Shown in pieces: positions 49,915-63,253 of a stretch of DNA of 64,000 nt (the stretch's first letter is position 1; the number at the start of each line of letters is the position of its first letter). The DNA is taken from NCBI GenBank assembly GCA_964016885.1, contig OZ024741.1:26164001-26228000 (forward strand), given 5' to 3'. The notes beneath the pieces were generated by a model that worked only from the letters and a program-made list of their open reading frames with translations, searched no databases and was not told where the DNA came from. A program made the position numbers and the translations under genes. This DNA comes from Eledone cirrhosa (Eukaryota).

Positions 49915-51314
49915 TTAAACATGATATATATATACACACACACACACATACATATATTTATGTGTGTGGGTGTGTGTAGGGGTGGGGAATATAGGGAGTT
50001 TCATTGCCTGTCATTGGAATCAACAGTGAAACAACTGTTGACATGATGCTCTCTCTTGTCAGAATGATCTCAAGTACAAGATAGATTTATAATGGTGCCA
50101 ATGTATATCTGGTCTGGTCGGGTGTGGTGGGGGTTGATACTAAGAATGTCTACTGGGAGGAGAGGGAGATTTGATGGCAGATAGAATATAGTTCAGGATT
50201 TAGAAGATATGAAAGATTTCTAAGCTTGTGAAAAGTCAGGCCATGCTGTGTGTGTGTCTTTAAAAATAAAGCTGTGTATGTGATTCTTAGCATTCTCTAA
50301 GGTTGTGTGTGTATATCTTTAAAGATAAAGCTCTGTATGTGTTTCTAAGCATTCTCTAATGTGTGTGTGTATCTACATGTTTAACATTTTCAACAATTTT
50401 GTGTGTGAATGTATATATTTAAAATATTCTGTATTGACTGGGTGTGTTTTTGCATGTGTATTAAATCCTGTGTCTCATATGTAACATTCACTATTAAAGG
50501 TCTCTATGTAAACATGTGTAGTGTTTTTCTGTGTGTGTACATATACATATGTATGTATACATTATTATTATATCCCATTGATGCATAGTTACGGCCCTTG
50601 CCATCCTGAGTTTAAATCCCGCCGAGGTTAACTTTGCCTTTCATCCTTACGGGGTCGATAAATTAAAGTACCAGTAATGCACTGGGTAATTACCGGCCTT
50701 GTGCCAAAAGTAGAAACAATTATTATTATTATATCCCATTGAATTGGCAGTATCGGTAGAGTCGGACGCCATGCTTTCCAGCATAGTTACGTCCCTTAAC
50801 GATCTGAGTTCAAATCCCGCCGAGGTTAACTTTGCCTTTCATCCTTACGGGGGTCGATAAAATAAAGTACCAGTAATGTACTGGGTAATTGCTGGCCTTG
50901 TGCCAAAAGTAGAAACAATTATTATATCCCATCCTTAGATGAAAAATATTTCCACAACCCCATGTTTTATACATACACTTTTGATGAGTTGTAGTGCACC
51001 TGAGTACTGTACACAATAATTTCATTATTCATATTAGGCAGTGTTCTGGTTTAGTATAGATACATCATATGTCTGTATTGTAAGAAGCAACTAAAAGTGA
51101 TGCCACTTGGAAGTGGATTTGTTTGTAAAACATGGCCTGGCGATTCACTTGTCCCAATAGCTTATTTTAGTTATTGCTTGCACCAACCTGAGGTATATGA
51201 TTTTTAATGCGATGAAATACCAATGATGGTTGGCAAATCACTGATGAGGGACTAATTTTATAATATGTAACCCATGTGCAACCACGCAGTATTACTTTTT
51301 CTTCCCATGTTTTT

Positions 51315-51345
<31 letters not shown>

Positions 51346-51854
51346 CGAGCGAGACGACCAATCTTGCCTCAAGTGGGACAATTTCCGTCTAAACCCATGC
51401 TAGCATGGAGGATAGACGTTAAACGATGATGATGATCATCATTTCATCATCATTTCATTTTACGTCCGCTTTTTCCCTGCTTGCAAGGGTAGGAGGGGAA
51501 CTGATTCTGGCTTGATTTCTACAGCTGGATGCCCTTCCTAACACCAACCTCATTTACAGTGAGTGCTGGGTGCTTTTTTGCCGTGGCCCCTACACGACCA
51601 CTTTGCAGTGGAATGATAGGGACCCCAGTCCCCATCATCTCATTTCTACAGCTGAGTAAACTGGAGCAATGTGAAATAAAGTGTCTTGCTCAAGGAAACA
51701 ACACATCACCTGGTCTGAGAATTGAACTCACAACCTTTCGATTGCAATATGTATATATATATACATATTGCAAGGCCAATGCTCTAACCACTAAGCCATG
51801 TGCCTCCATATATATATATATATATATATATCATCATCATCATCATTTAATGTC

Positions 51855-51888
<34 letters not shown>

Positions 51889-54800
51889 TGTGTATCTGTA
51901 TCAATTTGAGCATGTTTTAAGATTCTGTAAAGCCATATACATGAGTAACATATGTCCTGAATTATAGAAATGGTAACCAGTATTCCATATCATCTAATAA
52001 TACATTTATATCTATTAATAACATATTACAGTTTCAATTAGGAGGCAGGGGTTCAATTCTCACTTGATGTCATTTTATTTATATTTTCTTTCATATGTCA
52101 TCTTTCTCCTCATTTGATGTACAGATATATCTAGAGGGAACATACATAAACATGATATGTTTACATCTCTATATATTTATTGTTAGAATGTCAGATAGAA
52201 TGTTTTGTGGTATTCTTTCTCACTCTGTTCCAAGTTCAAATCCTGCTACGGTCATCTTTTCCTTTCATCCTTTCAAGGGCAATAAATAAAGTACCAGCAA
52301 AGTACTGGGGTTGATTATCTGACATACCCCATCTCTCTGGAAGAAATAAGCTATGGTCATATCTGGAGAGGGATGGGTTCTGACAGGTTTAAATGTTCAG
52401 AACACTATATATTATTACCCCCCCCCCCCCCCCACACACACTATGAGTTAATCGGGAATTAAGGGCCTATAGATAGATAGATGGATGCATATATATATAT
52501 GTATATATATTTATATATATATATACAGTATATATATTAAACTTATAACAAAATCGCAGTTTCCCAACCATGGTTTCTGGAACTCAAAAAACAACACCAA
52601 TCATTCCAAGGCATTGGAAGACCCCCCCATTGAGATATTTGGCTTAAGTTTAATATATTTTATTACTTCCCTGGGTAGATAATTTATTAATATATCTTAT
52701 CCTTTCATTGAGATGGCTATGTATTAGAGACAGTTAACTTTATAAGAAGCGACCCGAACCAACCAATGTCGTCAAGAATCAGCATACATAAGTTTTAACA
52801 AAAAGACAATTTAACTTAATAACAAATGTTTTGATAATCCAAAACGGAGAAAACGGGCTTTGCTAATATCAACTTTTGTACATGTTATTAAGATCCTTTC
52901 TATATATATACCAGGTATGCTGTCAAACCCCCTTTTTTTAAAAATCATTTTTACATTATTTGTATTGAGCATTTTCTAACATCCACACTTTTTTCACTAT
53001 ATATATAGGCAGAGGTATGGCTGTGTGGTTAAGAAGTTTACTTTACAACCATCTGGTTTTGTGTTCACTCCCATAGCACATTTTGAATAAGAGTTTTCTG
53101 CTCTTATAGCTTCAGGTTGATTAGGAAATTTGGTAAATAGAAACTGTAGAAGCCCCATTCTATATATGTGGGTGTGTTTATGTCCTGTAACTTAGTGGTT
53201 CGACAAAAGGAGATCAATAAAATATGTATCAGGCTTGAAAAAATAAGTACTGTGAGTTGATATTATCAAGTAAATCCTTTTAAGGAGCTGGTCCAGCTTG
53301 ACTACAGTTAAATGACTATGACCATCATCATCATTGTTTAATGTCCATTTTCCATGCTAGTATGGGTTTGATGGGTTGTCCTATTTGAAGCAAGTCGAGG
53401 TCTGTTGACCATATCTTGCTCATACAGAACTGATTCTGGCTTGGTTTCTATGGCTAGATGCCCTTTGTAACGCCAAACCAGTAAAAGAATATCTGTATGT
53501 ATGTAAAATAATGGTTTATTTTATTGTTCTCTAAGATTAAGGTCCAAGAGGTTTGGGATAGTACCAAGGTGAAATAAGGTTTCTGATTTAGGCACATGAC
53601 CAACAATTTTGCAGGGAGAGGAAGTCAATTAAATCGACCTCAGTGCATTACTGGTACTTTATTTTATTGACCCTGTAAAGATGAAAGGCAAAGCTAACCT
53701 CAGTGGTATTTGAGCTCAGAATGTAAAGAGCTGTGTAAAATAACAATCAACAACAATAGTTGTAAATATTTAATTTTATCAGTAGAACTACAGCTAAGGG
53801 ACAGTAATATCGACCCCAGTGAATTACTGGTACTTTATTTTAGCAACAGTAGTAGTAAATATTTAAGTAATTTTATCAGTAAAACTACAGCTGACATTTG
53901 AAACATTTCCTGTATTTCTTCTCCACACTTGAGACAACATTATTGTAATTGTTTAGTCTCTTATCACTTCCCATATCTCTCACTGTTTACTGTGTGGTCT
54001 TTCTGTATAGCTTTCTATATAGCTTTCTATAACAACACAACACTCTACTGGCCACTGGTCAGTTATGGTGTTGGTTGGTCTTCTATATATCTTCCTGTAA
54101 CAACACTCTGCTGGCCACTGGTCAGTAGGGTGTTGCTGATGAGATGTGTGATCTTTCTGTCTTCCTGTAACAATGCAACACTACCAACACTATTGGCCAC
54201 TGGTCAGTTATGGTGTTGGTGGTGAGGGATGTGGTCTTTCTATATATCTTCCTGTAACAACGCAACACCCTACTGGTCACTGGTCAGTTACGGTTGATCA
54301 TGCAGCCTGTGAACAATAGCAACACTGGCTCACTGTTGCTGATACATGTATACATTTATATTACCATCATCCTCACATGTGTTTGTTCCATGCTTGCATG
54401 GGTTAGACAGGTCATCTTGTATTTTGTCTTACTGTTGTTTCATCAACACAACCACTTTACATTGTGGACTGAGCACTTTTTGTTGTGGCACCAAATATAT
54501 TTTAAGCGTTGACCTAATATATTCCTTCCATATACTGTACCGATTGTGCTGTTATTTCTGTTTACCTTTTACATACATTTATATATATATATCTAGTGTG
54601 CACCAGCTTCACATTCACCCACTCCCTTCCATTTACCTCCCACGTCCTAACACTCCACCCCTCACACACACTCAAATACCCACTTCCCCGAATCCTCACA
54701 CCTCTCCCACCAAAGTCCCCAACCATCATGTCTTTGATACAACCCTTTGTTTGGCAAGCTTTCTATGGCTGGATGTCCTTCCTACCACCAACCACTTTAC

Positions 54801-55039
54801 AGCATGTACTGAGTGTGTTTATCGTGTAGATTACCAACAATAGGGAGGCTGTCAAGTCCTTGACATGATGGAAGGGTCCTACCGACTCTTTGTTTGGCAA
54901 GACTTCTATGGCTGGATGCCCTTCATATATATATGTATCCAACCTGTGCAAGCATGGAAAAGTGGACGTAAAAACGATGATGATGTGTGTGTGTGTGTGT
55001 GTAGGCTGATTGATTGATATGCATGTGTACATATGTATA

Positions 55040-55745
55040 TTAGCTTTCACTTTGAAGGATATGCTTTTGCAATCCAAGAAGAAGAAATAACAATGAAAAT
55101 ACCTGATATACAAAAGAGATAGGGATGCAAGCAACTCACCTAGATGTGACAACAGATGCAGTGTCTGGAATTAACATTGAGGAAGTCACCCATGTCATAA
55201 GCAGCTGTGTGAAGATATCAGAATACAATCTACCTATGAGGCGTGATGTAGTGGCCAAATCACATCACTACACAATGCATCCACAGAAATAATAATCTTG
55301 AAGATAAACATATAAAAAGTTCCAGCAATGTGGAGGATATATACATATATAATATGAAAGAGTACTGGTGGAATGTTCCGGTCAAAACTCCACTAAAATA
55401 TAAACATAACAGACCAGGCATAATATGAGACAGAAACGAAGTCATGTACAGTTGTGGAAATCAGATACCCAACAGATCTCAAAATAATGCTTAAGATTAA
55501 TGAAAAGGAGAACATTTATGCTGAACTAATGAGGAATCTGCAGATACTCCACCCTAACTATACCTTTAGATTTGTACCTGTGATCATTGGGGCTCTGGGA
55601 TATGTTACTGCCTACGTACAAATCTTGAGAATCTGGGCTTCACAGAATCAGAAAGGGCACAGATAATTAGGAAATTGCAAATACAGACCATTGACGGAAC
55701 TGTAAAAATATGTAAAACATTCCAGAAATTTAGTATGTAATAACT
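55040..55745 (+). mobile_element. R4/Dong-clade LINE 3' fragment (zinc knuckle plus restriction-like endonuclease), decayed
   Basis: EGYAFAIQEEEI, CDNRC..E.VTHVISSC, R.DVVAK, EYWWNVPVKT..KHNRP, KENIY..L, FVPVIIGALG across frameshifts. Confidence 0.8.
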
Positions 55746-57792
55746 ATGTACACATGTATAGATATACACACACACATATATATATAGAGAGAGAGATCCA
55801 CACATGCAATGGCATACATACTTGCACATAAACATACATAGACATATATACACATACAGGCATACATAATTACTTAGTTAATGTCTAAATTCCAATGTTC
55901 GTTTCCAGTCTTGTTTCCGTGTTAGAAACTGGCTCTTTTTTTGGTGAGAAATTTAAAAAAATGATAATATAATCAGAAAAACATGTGTGCAGCCATCCAT
56001 CTGTCCGTCTGTCTATCTGTTTCAACAATGGTATGTTTATTTTTGTCAGCAATAACCCAGAAATGAAAATGACCAATTCTTCAAAATCCTTCATACGAGG
56101 CAAGAATTTACAAAGGAAAACGGAGGAATGTTTTATGCCTGCTAAAAACACACTTTGTTTATTGAAATAGTTTGCTGGCAATGTTAGCGGATTTTGGTTA
56201 ATAGCTTCTATCTTTGACACAATTATAAACAGTGCTGCTAGTTTTCATCTGTAGAATTGTTATAAACAAGAGGGAAATATCGGCTGACTGAAGTAATATT
56301 CACAGTTAAAACTGATTGTTATAAACAAGAGGAAAATATCGTCTGACTGAAATAATATTCATAGCTAAAACTGATTGAGGTTTACAGAAATGGTAGCAGA
56401 ATGATTTTTTTAATTTAGATTGATTAAATAGCAAGTTGTTATGAAAGAGTTTTTATTGAACCAAATGTGACTATGGTATATAGTAGGATAAGAATGAGTT
56501 CAGCAAAATACCACATTGTATCATTTTACCCTGGCTATCCTATCTTTTACTCCTTCAGCGTTATATAACTTATTCAGCCACCATAAACTAAGAAGGGAGT
56601 CATCTATGTAGTTGCTTGACCTCCTAGAAACAGCAACCAAATCTCCTTCAAATCATATTTCCACCATCATCTTAGCAAATGATATGTTTGACAATGTGGT
56701 CTTGGGTGGAATGCTTTTGATCATAGGTCTGACAGGTGATGGGTGGGAGGCTAAACAACAACAACACTAACACCAACAACAAAGTATCCAGCTATCAAAA
56801 AAATAAGTGCCTCTGTTTTACTCCAGTTTCTTTGCTTCAGTGTATATTCTGGTATCTCAGAAACTACTGCAACCACGCAGTCAACATTTCCTTATGATTA
56901 CTAACTAAACTTGTTTTAAAGAAAATATTTAAAAACTTTACTTATATAAATGTTGTCTGGCTAAACTACAGATTATACAAGCATTTTAAGTTTGGCCGGT
57001 TTGAACACTAAAGGGTAAAGGTGGTATTTTATGGCTAGTTGCTCTTTCTGGCATCAACCCTTTTAGACATAAGTTCCTGCAGTGGTAAGAAACTTTCAGG
57101 AGAACTCGACAGCATGTCTTCAGAGAAGTCCCCCCCCCCCCCCCCCCCAAAAAAAAACCTTTTGAAACATGTAGTCCGATGCTCTAACGATTCTGCCAAT
57201 CTACCACCCTATTGAGGAATAATGTAAAGATTGACGAGAAAATTTTTTTAAAAGGTGTGATTATCACGTACAAAATTCTGATGTAAAGAATCTTCAGAGT
57301 TTGTCCAAATATGGAATTTTGTCATATTTTGTTTTCTTTTCATCAGAACAACATAGTACTTAACTCTTTCACTATCATATTTCTAATGCTTATGCTTTTA
57401 AAATTATTTTGAAAATATTCAAGAATTTGGAAGGATTTAGTAATATCATTAACCTATTATTAAGCTGTTGTTTGGAACATAACTTAGCAAAGGATCATAT
57501 ATAAAATAATTGTTTCTACTTTTGGCACAAGGCCAGCAAATACCCAGTACATTACTGGTACTTTATTTTATCAACCCCGTAAGGATGAAAAGCAAAGTTA
57601 ACCTCAACGGGATTTGAACTCAGACCATAAAGGGACGTAACTATGCTGGAAAGCATGGCGTCCGACCCGCCAGCGATACTCCCAATTCACCGCCCTTTGC
57701 CAAATGATGGGAGGTTTTAAATAATTATAAACACTTAAAACAAACAATTCTTACATTGTAGAACCAAAAGCAGTTTCATGTAGGTTGGTGCC

Positions 57793-58200
57793 TTCTTCTT
57801 TGCCCACTTATTCTTGAGAGGGTCGTGGGGGCAGAGTCCTCAAACACTCCTTTTACTGGGTTCTGTCAAGCAACCGTCTCCAACTGATTTAACTGGATCC
57901 CCAAGTGAGACCAGCCAAGCTCATGGATGTTATCCAATCATCTTGCTCGGGGTCTACCGGTTGGTTTTTGCCCATAAATCTATCCAGCAATTCTTTCCTG
58001 AGACATTCTAACCACATACCCATAGTACTGGAGCTGTGATCTCTCAATTTGGAGAAGTAGCATCTCTACCTGGAATGACTCTCTCAGCTACACACTCTAT
58101 TGAGTAACATTACTCCTAAGACCCTTTAGAGGAATCCCCCATTTTGGCTGCTTGTATTTGCAATTATATTCTTTCGGTCATTACTCAAGATTCATGATTA
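57793..58200 (-). mobile_element. 3' fragment of a further RTE family with (GAA)n tail and 12-bp TSD taggttggtgcc, inserted in a TTAA-flanked MITE (about 57360-58223)
   Basis: TSD at 57781-57792 and 58201-58212; related fragments at 5484-5705, 35095-35308 and 33465-33519. Confidence 0.75.
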
Positions 58201-58674
58201 TAGGTTGGTGCCAAAAGGGTTAAAGTGTGAAATATTATAAACCATTATAAGGGTAAACACAATAGAGAAGAGTGGACATTTTATTGTAGGTTTATAATCC
58301 TGTTTCTTCTTTCAACAGATTCTGTTTGCTGAACCATTGTTAACAGGGGTTTGCATATCTGTAAAGCACACTTTTACAAATAGTGAAATGTCTACAAATC
58401 TAGTTTGGCAACTTTCCCATCTACTAGCCTAGATTCTATATAACCACTAGGGAGGAGTTCAGTTCCTGTTATATGAATGTATAAATAACATAGTTGTATA
58501 TTTATTTTACCATCTTCATAATGAAATAGCTGATGCCATGTTTAGTAACTGTGATTTCTCAACCCTTTTCTGTCATTCACCCCCCTCCCTTCGTCATATC
58601 TTTTATCATTTACCTTCAATCACTCCCATGTATTACAAACAAGGTCAACTAACTTTATTATTAAAGGTTTACAA

Positions 58675-59330
58675 GGGCGGTGAATTGGCAGTATCGGTAG
58701 AGCATCAGACTCCATGCTTTGTGGCCCTTTACATTTTTGAGTTCAAATCCTGCCAAGATTAGCTTTGCATTTTATCCTTACGGAGTCGATAAAATAAAGT
58801 ACCAGTAATGCACTGGGGTCGATTTCATCGATGTTCCCCTCCCCTAGAATTGCTGGCCTTGTGCCTAAATCAGAAACCATTATTATTATTATAGGGCATT
58901 GGATTGGCAGTATCAGTAGAGTGTCGGACATCATGCTTCGCGGCATAGAGTTACATCCCTTTACATCCCGAGTTCAAATCCCGCCGAAGTTAGCTTTGCC
59001 TTTCATCCTTACGGGGTTGATAAAATAAAGTACCAGTAATGCACCCCTCTCCTAGAATTGCTGCCTTGTGTCTAAATCAGAAACCATTATTAAAGATTCA
59101 CAATACAGACTTGCAGAATTAATTCTTCATTATCATATAATATAGTTTCTACTTTTGGCACAAGGCCAGCGATTACTCCAAGTGCATTACTGGTACCTTA
59201 TTTTATCGACCTCGTAAGGATGAAAAGCAAAGTTAACCTCGGTGGATTTGAACTCAGAATGTAAAGGGCCATAACTATGCTGCAAAGCATGGTGTCTGAC
59301 GCTCTACCGATACTGCCAAACCACCGCCCT
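58675..59330. mobile_element. Cluster of three family-A SINEs (58675-58890 +, 58893-59090 +, 59143-59330 -)
   Basis: Head and core matches as above. Confidence 0.85.
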
Positions 59331-60428
59331 ATACATCATATAATATATGAATATTTCTATGATATATTTACCCCTAGGCAGCAAATGGAGTAGAGTCATT
59401 AAAATGTCAGATAGAATAATTTGCAGTATTTCTTCTGACACTGTCAGTACAAATCCCACCAAGGTCAACTTTGCCTTTCATCCTTTCAGGGTCAATAAAA
59501 AAAAGTACTACCTCAGTATTGGGGTCAATTCTTCCTTAACCCTTTACAATTTATATTTACTATTGTATTTTCACAGGTAAAGGCTTTATCTCACAATATC
59601 CCACATAATATCAAATCTATGTGATTTTGATATTATCTATTTTGAGAACAATACCTTAACATCAGTATGAGTAGCAAGTTACAGCCAGTTTGAGCAGAGA
59701 GAGGTGAGCGAATTCTAGCCAGATATAGTCAGTTTAAATGGTTAATGTCTCTTTCTCACTTCCTCTTGACCACTCTCACTTCCTCTCGAACACTCTCACT
59801 TCCTCTAGAAGCAATCAGTTGTATTTAGACCTACAGATGGATATACTCTACCAGCCCAAGACATGCTACATGTCATTATAATGTCTCTAAGACTCCACCA
59901 TACATATTTACCCTTGCCACATAACATTTTTACCTCCAGGAGGTAAATTTACCACTGGCTGAGTATCACTGAATTAGAGGATTACGTGACAGGATTAATG
60001 TATCTTCATCATTTTTACATTTACTTTTCCCTGCTGGCATGGGCTGGACAGGTTATTTTGAGGCAGTTTTACCGTCAGATGCTCTTCCTGAAAATGAAAG
60101 AAATTCCTTGGTACAGTAAGATATATTTTAAAAAAAAGAGAAGAATGACCTCACTTGTGGTTGGTGTTCTTTAATAGTTCAAATATTTACAGTAAATCGT
60201 TATTGATATTAGTTCTGGTAAGTCCTTGTTAACTTCTGTGGAGAACTTTAACTCCTTGTTATGTTAACTTTCTGGTGATCTTTCTCATGTTCGGTGGCGA
60301 TTGTCAAACTGGTCTGTTGTGGTATGTTGATGATGTGTGTAAATATATATATATATGTGTGTGTATGTGTATATAAAAGTTAAAACATTAGAGAAAACAA
60401 TACCACATTCTTGAACAAATATATTTAA

Positions 60429-60556
60429 TGGCTGACAATTGTTTCGAGAACCATATCAATATTCTTCATATACAGATGATAATTATTGATTATAATATCG
60501 ATAATAGTGAGTGATATTGAAAAGAAAAGATTGATATGGTCTCCTCATCAGAGCCA
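60429..60556 (-). ncRNA. Type I hammerhead ribozyme with extended stem II
   Basis: The minus strand reads UGGCU-CUGAUGA-GGAGACCAUAUCAAU-(69 nt)-AUUGAUAUGGUUCUC-GAAAC-AAUU-GUC-AGCCA. Confidence 0.8.
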
Positions 60557-60652
60557 AAAGTAAAAAAATAAAATAACTACTGGCATATAATTCTCATAAC
60601 TAATCACTTATTTCTCCTCTTCGATTAGTTAGTATACATACTTTTGATGTAT

Positions 60653-62893
60653 ATCATCATCATCATCATCAAGGTTTAGCGTCCGTGTTCCACGCTTGCA
60701 TGGGTTTGGACGGGGGTTTTCCCACTTGAGGCAAGAGTGGTTGTCTTGCTCGCATAGGACTGTCTGGCGGGTTTTCTACAGCTGGATGCCCTTCCTAACA
60801 CCAACCACATTTACAGTGTGGGGCTGGGAGGTTTTTACCGTGTTGCCTACACGGCCACATTACAGCGTGGACTGTCTGGCGGGTTTTCTACAGCTGGATG
60901 CCCTTCCTAACACCAACCACATTTACAGTGTGGGGCTGGGAGGTTTTTACCGTGTTGCCTACATGGCCACATTTACAGCGTGGACTGTGTGTTTTTTTGT
61001 CGTGACACCTACACGATCTCATTTGTTTCGGCCTGGATGTTGTGGCACCAACATAACTTTACATTGAAAGGGGCGGTGTGGATGGGGTCGGGGTGGTGGG
61101 ACGGGGGTGTGTTTTGATAGAGATGCCTACTGACTGTAGTAGGTTTTACTTTGTATTTAGGTAAGGTGGGTCTTCTCTATTACTGAGTACCGCCAAAGGT
61201 CTCGGTCCAGTGACATTGTCTTGGAGAGGTGTAAGCGTGTGAGGTCGGAATTTATCATGTCGTCCCAGGTTTTTCTGGGTCTGCCTACTCCGTGGCTACC
61301 GTCTATCTTTATTGCCCTGTACTTTGTTATACAGCTGTCGTCTTTCATGCGTATCATGTGACCATACCAACGTAGCCTTCTCTCGAGTAAACAACATCTG
61401 ATCCCTCTTATTTCTAATTTTTTCTTTAGTTCGTTTATGCTTAGCCGTTCACGTATATTACTATTGCACATCCAGCGGAGCATGCAAGCTTCGTTCCTCT
61501 CTAGTCTGCGTATATCCTCTGCACACAATGCCTAGGTCTCACTGCCATGCAGCATTGCTGTTCGTATGCAGGCATCGTATAACCTGCCTTTCATTTTTAG
61601 GGAGAACCCTTTAGCGGCTAATAGTGGTATAAGCTCTCTGAACTTTTTCCATCCAGTTCTGACTCTAGCTACTGTACTTTCAGAGCACCCTCCCCCACTG
61701 CTGATTTTGTCACCCAGGTAACGGAAGCTGTCCACTATTTCTATAGAACCCTCTGCGCAATTGAAAGAGCTAGTATTTTGTGGGCACTTGCTGCTACTTA
61801 TTGCACCAGAGCACCGGCCACTTGTAAAATCTATGTTCTTAGTTAGCTTACCTGTGATCCCACTACATCTTTTATGCACCCATACTTTGGATTTGGGACA
61901 TAAAATGGAGTTTCTACCTACGCCTTTCCTACACACTGAGCATGGCCATTTCCCGGAAGGGACCGCCGCCTTATTTTCTTTCCTACAAACTAGAACTTTA
62001 GTCTTAGCCAGGTTAATTTTAAGGCCTTTTGATTCTAGGCTGTGCTTCCATGTTTGGAATTTCTTCTCTAGTTCGGTCATTGATTCAGCTATGAGCGTTA
62101 GATCATCTGCGTATAGGAGTTCCCATGGGCAGCCGGTCTTGAACTCCTCTGTTATAGCCTGAAGGGCAATAATAAATAGTAGGGGGCTAAGAACAGAGCC
62201 CTGATGGACACCAACTTTTACGCTAAACTCTTCACTATATTCGTTGTTAATTCTAACCCTGACTGTTTCTTTATACATGGCTTGTATAGCTCTCACAAGC
62301 CATTCGTCAACACCTAGTTTTCTAAGAGCCCACCAGATAATGGAATGGGGGACTCTGTCGAAGGCTTTCTCCAAGTCAACAAAAGCTAAGTATAGGGGTT
62401 TACTTTTAGCTAGGTACTTCTCCTGTAGTTGTCGTACAATGAAAAGAGCGTCTGTGGTACTTTTGCCTGACACAAACCCGAACTGCATTTCATCTAGATC
62501 AATTCTCTCTCTGATTAGTTGCGCTATTACTTTTTCCGTGACCTTCATGACCTGGTCGATTAATTTAATGCCTCTATAGTTACACCTATCTAGGGCATCT
62601 CCTTTACCCTTGTAACAGTTAATGATGATGCTGCTATGCCAGTCCTTCGGAACAACCCCATTCTGTATGACTTGGTTTACTATCCGGGTGACCATGGTGT
62701 GTCCCACCGTTCCAGAGGCTTTCAGCATTTCAGCAACTATTTCTGAAGGCCCAGCCGCCTTACCGGTCTTCATATCTTTGATTGCCTTACTTATTATACT
62801 ACCTTCGACTAACACTGCTGGTCCCTCTATTGGGTCGATGTGGGGGAGACTGTCTTTCTCCCATTTGTTCTCCTCATTTAGAAGCCTTTCGTA
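60653..62893 (-). mobile_element. RTE-clade LINE, 5'-truncated, with about 500-nt 3' UTR and (GAT)n tail
   Basis: RT frame from about 62893 to 61157, interrupted by one TAG at 61532-61534; [35 protein letters not shown]. Confidence 0.93.
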
Positions 62894-63217
62894 GCTGAAT
62901 TGCAGTAATGCAGTTGCAATCAGCCATTCAGGGTGCACACATTTAGTTAATAACAGATGCGGTGGCGGTGTTGAGATAGAGAGAAAGGTATATTTATAAT
63001 CTCCAAAATGGCAGACTGAATACACGTTTTTCCTCCTTTTTTCTCATTCATTCCTCTTCTCACTCTTTATCTTTCTATTTTATCCTCTATTTCTAACTCT
63101 AACTTATGATAAAGGACTAGTGTCCAAAACGTTAAGACTTTTTTTTTCCTACTATTTCAAGTGTTGAACTAATATATTTCTTCAATGTACAGTGTCATTT
63201 GTTTTGTTATTTTTTAC

Positions 63218-63253
<36 letters not shown>

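Noticed and set aside
51236-51295. ctgatga...tgcaaccacgcagta, with a similar gaaactactgcaaccacgcagtc at about 56860, as further hammerheads
   Set aside because: Each lacks half of the core; too degenerate to call
58319-58480. Coding exon after a good acceptor
   Set aside because: The ATG frame stops after 14 codons, with no recognisable homology and no clear donor; at most a UTR exon
61532-61534. The single TAG replacing Trp (GSET*) in the RTE could be rescued by A-to-I editing (UAG to UIG)
   Set aside because: A G-to-A transition is the simplest explanation, and the copy is 5'-truncated with no endonuclease, so rescue would not restore function
62894-63025. N-terminus of the 497-aa ORF as the start of the RTE protein
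   Set aside because: RTE similarity ends near 62893; the upstream codons are read-through into unrelated, probably Penelope-derived, sequence
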